In this document: in pieces, positions 34,161-41,279 of the stretch
How the letters are laid out: each line of letters starts with the position of its first letter
Numbering within the stretch: position 1 is the first letter of the stretch
Origin: Mesotaenium endlicherianum
Taxonomy: Eukaryota
Direction of reading: 5' to 3'
DNA length: 41,279 bases
Assembly: GCA_009602735.1 (NCBI GenBank)
Contig: WELA01003449.1
Location: 395,356-436,634, forward strand
Translations under genes and position numbers: made by a program
Notes under the pieces: model-generated
What the model was told of the DNA's origin: nothing
Database searches by the model: none
Seen by the model: the letters and a program-made list of their open reading frames with translations, nothing else

Positions 34161-37100
34161 TGACCCTCCCAACAGATGGGATTGCTTAGATAAAATGGCC
34201 AAATGAAGCAGTCGACGCTATTTTGTTCTTCAAAATGTGATATACCAAATTGAGAAAATGAAAAGTTTTCCCTTACCGATGACTTTTCCAATGTCGAAAG
34301 CACCCTGATGTATGCAAGTCACGAAAAAGATCAAAAAGGTCAATTCGAAAAGCAATAGAAACCGGTTCCATGTCGATGGGTAGGACAATCACTTGGACTC
34401 ACTGTGGGTTTTCCATCTCCAAGTCCCGCATGGGCTAACATTGCAGACATTCATTTTCATAGGTTTTCACAAAATCTACACGGCCAAAATAGCAAAGAAT
34501 TGAGGTTAAGCACAAATATGTGTACTGCCGACGATTTTTCTAGTCTTTGAAAGTCGTCATTGGACTCTTACAACCGGATTTTTGTGAATTCTAGATTCTA
34601 GAAGTCAACTTCGTCTATCAACCGTCCCTCCGACGTTCCAATAAATTGCTAGATGCTCGAGATGTGACACCCGTGAACAATTTAGGTTTTGCATATGCAT
34701 ACGTTTAATCGTCCACCGGTAATATAATTATATGTGACAACTCTAAAGAGAAGTTCCAACTTCTTGAATATGGAAGAGTCCATTCACTCTCAGTAAGTTT
34801 TAACCTGAATCCCAATATCTTACGACGTAAATCTAGTCATCCACGTTGCTCTTATAAGGAATACTAAGGACTATCATTTTGTTTCAAACAATGAACACAA
34901 CACTGAACCTTCCCCACCTCGTTCAAGTATGTGGGTCATAGAATTCTTCTTAGTAATTTCATTGGTCCGTCACGACAAACGCATGTGGTCGTAAAAGTTG
35001 TATTGCCTGTTGCTTTGAATTACTATAAATTCGAAGTGTTCTCAAATGTCGTCGAAGATCTCAAGGGCTTGGACGACAACTCTTCAGACTGTTTCTTTAA
35101 ACCAATCAAAAGTCAAGTACAAAAACAACATTTTTTATTTGTTCACCTTTAAATGGTCATTGTCCAACCATTATTTATTTTTTGGATAGCCGTTTGGTTC
35201 GAACCTTCAAATGAAAGCCCGATCAATTTGAGCCTTCAGATTGCACTTGCTGTTTTTCACGTGAAATCTTGACACAATTAGTACTTTACATATGGGTTCA
35301 AAATTCATATTTCAAACAAGGTTTTTCTCATAGGATACAACCTCATGCCACTTCCTACACATTGCTAGTGATGAAGCGGGAATCATCGCGCCATTCCGGC
35401 CCCATCTGTCAACGAGTTTTAGAATAGAAGTTTTCAAAAGTCAAGAAAATCCCAACAAGCATTTACATTCCATTGTTGCTTCTTAAAAAGTCAGCCGAGA
35501 TGGTCAACCGTTCGTGTCAGCAACTAAGATGTGACTACGTGTGTAGACAACGTCATTGTTTGCATTTGAGACCTAATGCGTATGCATTCAATTGGAAAGG
35601 ATTGCTGGAATTTGAAAGTCACGCGTCCAAGCGGAATTTATAAGTCTTGCTCCTAGGCGGAAGTCTTGATCACTACCCAAATTACATTTTTGACACCAAT
35701 CTGTTTCTACGACATATGCCTTTGGGAACGGGAGCAGTTCAAAAAGAATGAGGAATGACTACGAGTTGATTTGACTCACTCACACAATTTACTATGTCAT
35801 AAATTTTCGTTGGTATATTACTTTCATCACATTGGTCCACATTTGTTTTGCAATTCGGCGGTCAACAAGCGTTTTTCATCTGAACAAACTTGGGCACAAT
35901 GATAGGACAGCTTCACAAACTACATCTCAGACTTTGCTTTATTTCCAAACGTACATGCAATTTCAAAGTAATTCTCAAAATACGTATTGCACATGTAATC
36001 TACGTACGTCATAAGTAAGTCCAGTCGCTCTAGGTCCAGTCACTCTAGCACACAAATTTGCACATTTTCCGACCTGACACAGTCCTTCTCGCCTTCACAT
36101 TAAATATTTGGATTGGCAAATTGTGAAATGACCCGAATTGGATCGACGAAAAGCGATGGAGACGAGCCCCTGTTGATATGGGTGGGTTTCAAAGCTTGGA
36201 CCCTTTCTTGGGTTCCCTTATCGTATTTCGAATGGAATTGGTGTCCTTCAGATACTTTCACATGTTTCCTTCCGCAGTGAAGATTATCAACCGCAAGCAT
36301 TTCAAGTTTGTTTATAAAAATTGGCTGACCAAAAAGTGCTCAATAATATACATATCGCATCATTGTTTTGTCCTCAGTGGTGCGTTACACGTATACACAC
36401 CCGGTACAATTCATCCAATTTCAATTCACTATACAGTGACTTGATTAAGCTGCAGCCAAGTGTCAAGCAGGCAGGCTGGTGTAAGACCAACACCAGTGGC
36501 AGAAACACATATTCTTGCTTTGTTCAGCATTCAGGCAACTATAACAACGATGCCCAGAAGTATATGTGAGGCTCGCGTGCACTCAGCGCCTCATAATTGG
36601 TGTGCGAAAATACTTGGTCAGAAGATCACAAGAAGTTAACTTCAGGGCTGTAATCTCATTCGCCGGCCCCAGCTAGAAAAGGAGAGAAGCTGTATGAGAG
36701 CAACAGATGTTATTTGAAACACATGGCGAGGCCTGAATCCAGAGAGTGAGTTAGCAGAAAAAGTCATGGAAAAAGGAGAATCAACTCTCCAAGCGACACA
36801 CGCGCCTCCCTCCAACGCAATATCCTGGCAATGTATCCACCCACATGCCCGTCTCATGGAGCAAGTTGAAATTTATAATTATAAAAAATGGAAAAAAAGA
36901 GAGGGTGAATGCTTGCACTTAACTCCTCTTCCCGGCACTCTCTAAGCACACCCTCTTTAGCTTGAGGCCCCCGTCCGGCACGGAAGAACCCCTCCGGCCC
37001 ACCCCCACAGATGCAGCTGACTCAGACTAACATGCGCTCCTCCTGGGGTTGCAGCAAGTTTCTCCAAAATCACCCATATTACACCTGCTTAAAAGGCACC

Positions 37101-37453
37101 TGTTGTCAACACTGTACCCGTCCCATGCTAGCAGTAGCCGCTACACGTCCGCACTCAAAAAACAAACACATTCCCGCCCCTAAGCACATGCTCCGAGCCA
37201 AGAGCCTGGGCCCAAGCCAGCACCAGCGCGAGCGCCAGCCATTTGCAACACACTGAGCCAGACCGAGCCATCTGCCAGAATAGCCGCCAAACTCCCAAGC
37301 AAAGCTGAGCTTTCAAAAGCCCACAGCACAACACCGGAGCCCTTCGGCGCTCCCGACGCGCGCCTGGCCCGGCCGGTCAGCCAGCGGGCGTTGGGCAGAC
37401 CCCTGGCCAGCTGGCGGGGCGGGCACCCGGCCCGGCCAGCAGGGCGGGCCCCG

Positions 37454-37757
37454 NNNNNNNNNNNNNNNNNNNNNNNNNNNNNNNNNNNNNNNNNNNNNNN
37501 NNNNNNNNNNNNNNNNNNNNNNNNNNNNNNNNNNNNNNNNNNNNNNNNNNNNNNNNNNNNNNNNNNNNNNNNNNNNNNNNNNNNNNNNNNNNNNNNNNNN
37601 NNNNNNNNNNNNNNNNNNNNNNNNNNNNNNNNNNNNNNNNNNNNNNNNNNNNNNNNNNNNNNNNNNNNNNNNNNNNNNNNNNNNNNNNNNNNNNNNNNNN
37701 NNNNNNNNNNNNNNNNNNNNNNNNNNNNNNNNNNNNNNNNNNNNNNNNNNNNNNNNN
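37454..37757. other. Assembly gap (N run)
   Basis: Run of N with the same 23 bp sequence on both sides. Confidence 0.99.
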
Positions 37758-37823
37758 CCCGGCCAGCAGGGCGGGCCCCGCTGGCGCCGGGGGTGCGGCG
37801 CGGCGGCGCCGCGCGGCCCGAGA

Positions 37824-40328
37824 TCAGTAGCGCACGCTCTTGCTAATCTCGAAGAAGTGCGCGACGCTCTCCTCGGGCGTGCCAATCAGCACGCCGTGGC
37901 CGAGGTTGAGGATGTGCTTGTGGTCGCCCGCCTTCTGCACGGCCTCGTGGATCTTGCGCTCGATGGTGTCGCGCGACCCGAAGAGCGCGGCGGGGTCCAC
38001 GTTGCCCTGCACCGCCATGTCGCGGCCCACGCGCTCGCGCGCCTCCGCCAGGTCGACGCTCCAGTCGATGCTGACGACGTCCACACCTGTCGACGCCATC
38101 CGCTCCAGGAGGCCGCCGCTGCCGCTGGCGTACAGGATGAGCGGCAGGCTCGGGTGCGTGCTCTTCACGTCGCGCACAATCTGCTTGATGTACGGCAGCG
38201 AGAACTCCTCAAAGTCTGCCACGTGGCGCCGCCAGGAGACCACCGCAAGCAGGGGGCTCGTGCGTTAGGGGTCGCGCTAGGGTCAGGTGTTGAGGTTGCT
38301 CCAGGTTTGGGATAAGGAGTGAGTTAAGAGTCAAAGTAAGGATGAGGGAGGGGGTGACAGTGACGGTGAGAATGGGGGTGAGCATGAGAGCTGGGGTTGC
38401 AGGCGAAGCGAGAGCTACTGCCAGTCCGATATGAGGAGAGCCCGGTCTGTTGCTCTGTTGTTGGTAACAGGCCTGCAGCCTGATCATGATCAGGAAGAGA
38501 AACGGGGGGGGACTTGACAGAGTGGAGGCAAGCGGCGACACAGACACTTGGCGCCCAGTACGTGACTGGCTGCAGGAGGAGTCCCGGCCTCTGAAGGGCT
38601 GGCCTGTCTCTATCCGCTCAGCATTTTGTGCTCATTACTGAGATTGACCTTCCGGAAGCCTCCTGGAAAGGGCGTGCCATGGAGGGCAGCAAGCTCCCTC
38701 TTCCTTCTCCCTTGCCCATCGCAGTTTCTCTCTCGGTCTTTTTGCCTCTGGCATTATCAGGAAAAATTGCCAGGCTATTCCTTTCCTTACCTGCTCTTCT
38801 CCCACAGAGTCCCACCCACCTCTGCCCCCCCCCCNNNNNNNNNNNNNNNNNNNNNNNNNNNNNNNCCCCCCCCCCCCCCCCCCCTTTGCTTTTTCCACCC
38901 AGTCACCCAAACTCTCCTTGCTTCTGAGGCACTGGCCAGTCTTCATCGCACACCTCCCAGCGCCCAAACGGCTACAGCTGCGCAAACCGGCTTCTGCCGG
39001 CTGCTAGGTGTCATCAGCTCACGGGGTCCCCATGGGCTCTTCATCCCCTTGGACGAATGCAGAAGTCTGCCAGGACTCAGAGTACGACTCGGCTGCTCCC
39101 GGGAAGGCCATGGAAGTGCAGCGTTGTGCCTTACAACCATGCATCTCTAGCCAGGGGTGAGGGTGCCACAGCAGGACCCCAACCCCAGGGGACAATTGAC
39201 TGCTCTGCCACGATACACCAGTAGCTCCCTCAAGTGGAGTGGGGGGGGAAGGGGAAGGGAGGATGGAGAGGAGAGAGGGGGAGGAGGAGAGGGAGATGCT
39301 GCAGCCGCCTGAAGCCGCCGCTGTGCCGCACAGGCCAGCCCCCGGCACTCTGGTAGAACTCGTCTTCAGTTCACCTCCTCTCACCCCTCCCACTCCTGCC
39401 CCGCTCTGCCCCTCTCCCTCCCTCTCTCGAAGCAAGCCACTGTCTGCACAAGAACACACAAGGCCCTTTTGACCCCATCGGACTGCAGTGCAGTGCACAA
39501 GCGACCATGGTTTGCTTCTCGCGTTGCGAACAATGCAGATCCATGCGGCTAAAAGGGGGGGCCTATTTTTGCTCCCCAGTGCATGCCCAGATTAACTGGG
39601 AAAAGCAAAGAATGTGCAGTGTGCGTGAGTCTGATGTGCGTGTTTGAGCGTCCGTGTGAAGGAGGAGGAAGGGGGTGGGGGGGGAATGTGGGGGGAATGG
39701 TGGTGGGTCACAACAGAGAAGTTTTCTCCTGGCCCCAAGGCTGAGTCCTGCCTGCGCATTCGCACGTTAGTCCTGAGCGCGCATGTGAAGCGGCCTCGTC
39801 AGACTGCCAGCTGTCTGCTACTCCCCCACCACACACGCCACACCAAAAGCCACCCGACTTGTAGTTACCCCTTCCTTCCCTCTCTCTCCCCCTCCCCCCC
39901 TTTCGCCACCTCAGACACCTTTCGAGACGGCTGCAAAGAGCGCGAGCCCACCTTGCCCAGAAACAGCCCACAGGGGCACGTGACTAAGAGGCTGCCAATC
40001 CACACATGCCCACACATGTGGCAACGCCTGCTTGGCGGCAGCCTCATGGTATACAAGGCAGGAGGAAGGGGGGGGGAGGGGAGAGAGAGGGGTGCAAAAG
40101 GCAGGAGAGAAGGGGAGGGGGAGAGGAAGTGGAAAGTGGAGGGGGAGTGGGAGAGGGAGAGGGAGGGGGAGAGGGAGAGGGAGCGGGAGGTGATGTGGGC
40201 ATACCAGTGGGGTTGAGCTGAGTGGCCCACGAGTCGAAGATCTGCACCGCCTGCGCGCCGTGGTCGGCCTGGTAGCGCACGTACGTGGTGATGGAGTCGG
40301 CGATCTTGCTCAGCAGCGCGTGCAGCAC
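37824..40328 (-). CDS. hemE: Uroporphyrinogen III decarboxylase, plastid HEME2-like, last two exons (5' part beyond the window end)
   Basis: Exons 40328-40205 ([41 protein letters not shown]) and 38215-37824 (DFEEFSLPY...VQGNVDP...HILNLGHG...TPEE) join via a phase-1 GT-AG intron. These are hallmark UROD motifs. Confidence 0.97.
38835..38865. other. Assembly gap within a poly-C tract
   Basis: Run of N. Confidence 0.99.
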
Positions 40329-41240
40329 CTGCGCGCGCGTCGTCGTTGTTGGGAGGGTGAGGAGGCCGCGGCAGCAGCGACAGCAGCAGCAGCAGCAGGG
40401 AGGAGGAGGGTTTGAGGAGAGCGGCACGTGCGCGCGTGGCGCACAGCGGCAGGCACGCACGCGCGCACGTGCATGTCAGGAGCGCACGCGCCCCAGAGAG
40501 CAAGGAGAGTGCGGGGCAGGCTAGGGCGGCAAGGAGAATGTTGGGGAGGAGGTGCCATGGCGTATGCCTCGGCCGCATGCTTAATCGAATCTGCCATTCC
40601 AACAAAGAGACAGGGAAGCTGGAGACGAGCAGGCTGTGGCGATGGCTTCTGGTGACTCTCGGCAATTTGGGCCGCACTTCTCTTCTCCGTGCCGGCGCCA
40701 GCGACAGGGCCGAGAGGCGCGGGCGTCCGACATTGTGGGAACCCCACGCGAGAACAGAAACCTCGAGCGAGCCATGACAAGTATGAGAGAAGAGATGCGC
40801 ATGAAGAGAGCCCCAGCCGCGTGCTCGCAGGTAGAGGGCGCCCGCAGCTCTTGGGGGGCGGGCCAAGTCGGGCTCCGTCTCAACGCTTGCTCACCACTGG
40901 GCGCCATCTTCTAATGTACTTACGGCCCTGCTGGCCCTGTTGCACTCCACTGTTGGAATTTGCAAAGGCCCTCTACTGATGTCAGAGGGCCAACCAAGAG
41001 CTAGCAGGGCTAGACCGGAACAGAGCTGGCAGTTAGCATGTTGCGTGAGGGTGGAGTTAGAGTGAGGGACAAGGTGGGGTAAAATTATGGAGCGCGTGCA
41101 AGTAAGGGCAAGAGAGAGTTAGGACGAGGGTCGATTCGGGCAAGACGGTGGAAGTTTAGGTAAGTGTCGGAGGCAGGAGGCGAGAGAAGGAAAACCACGA
41201 GGGTGAGAAAGAGGAAGAGGACGAGGAGGGGGGTGGCGGC

Positions 41241-41271
<31 letters not shown>

Positions 41272-41279
41272 GGGAGGAG

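Noticed and set aside
33390..36570. Short ORFs in the AT-rich block as possible transposase remnants
   Set aside because: No recognisable DDE, zinc-finger or helicase motifs in the translations.
37431..37780. 23-bp direct repeat flanking an N gap (possible insertion with TSD)
   Set aside because: Identical sequence on both gap edges in very GC-rich DNA suggests an unmerged overlap, not an element.
32368..39578. 14-bp inverted match TGGGGAGCAAAAAT (near 32368 and 39565)
   Set aside because: A few matches of this length are expected by chance in 41 kb, and the pair would straddle a conserved hemE exon.
39865..40866. 333 aa minus-strand ORF
   Set aside because: It overlaps the hemE exon in a different frame and otherwise translates low-complexity intron sequence.

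Overview
Eukaryotic, intron-rich draft genomic DNA with several N gaps. The GC-rich exons, plant-type genes and microsatellite-rich introns suggest a streptophyte green alga (inference). From left to right: (1) the last two exons of a Tim17/Tim22/Tim23 (PRAT)-family membrane protein gene (+); (2) two tandem pectin methylesterase paralogues (+) with no obvious signal peptide; (3) a four-exon, ~1145 aa minus-strand gene joining a divergent uncharacterised N-terminal domain, a Q/E/P-rich linker and two ZZ-type zinc fingers; (4) a ~12 kb AT-richer TE block holding a two-LTR but decayed Ty3/gypsy chromovirus (minus strand) and a foldback-like inverted-repeat segment; (5) the last two exons of a plastid uroporphyrinogen decarboxylase (HEME2-like, minus). 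All spliced models were built by hand with exon phases checked. Most short ORFs in the track are spurious. Family assignments come from recalled motifs, not database searches.
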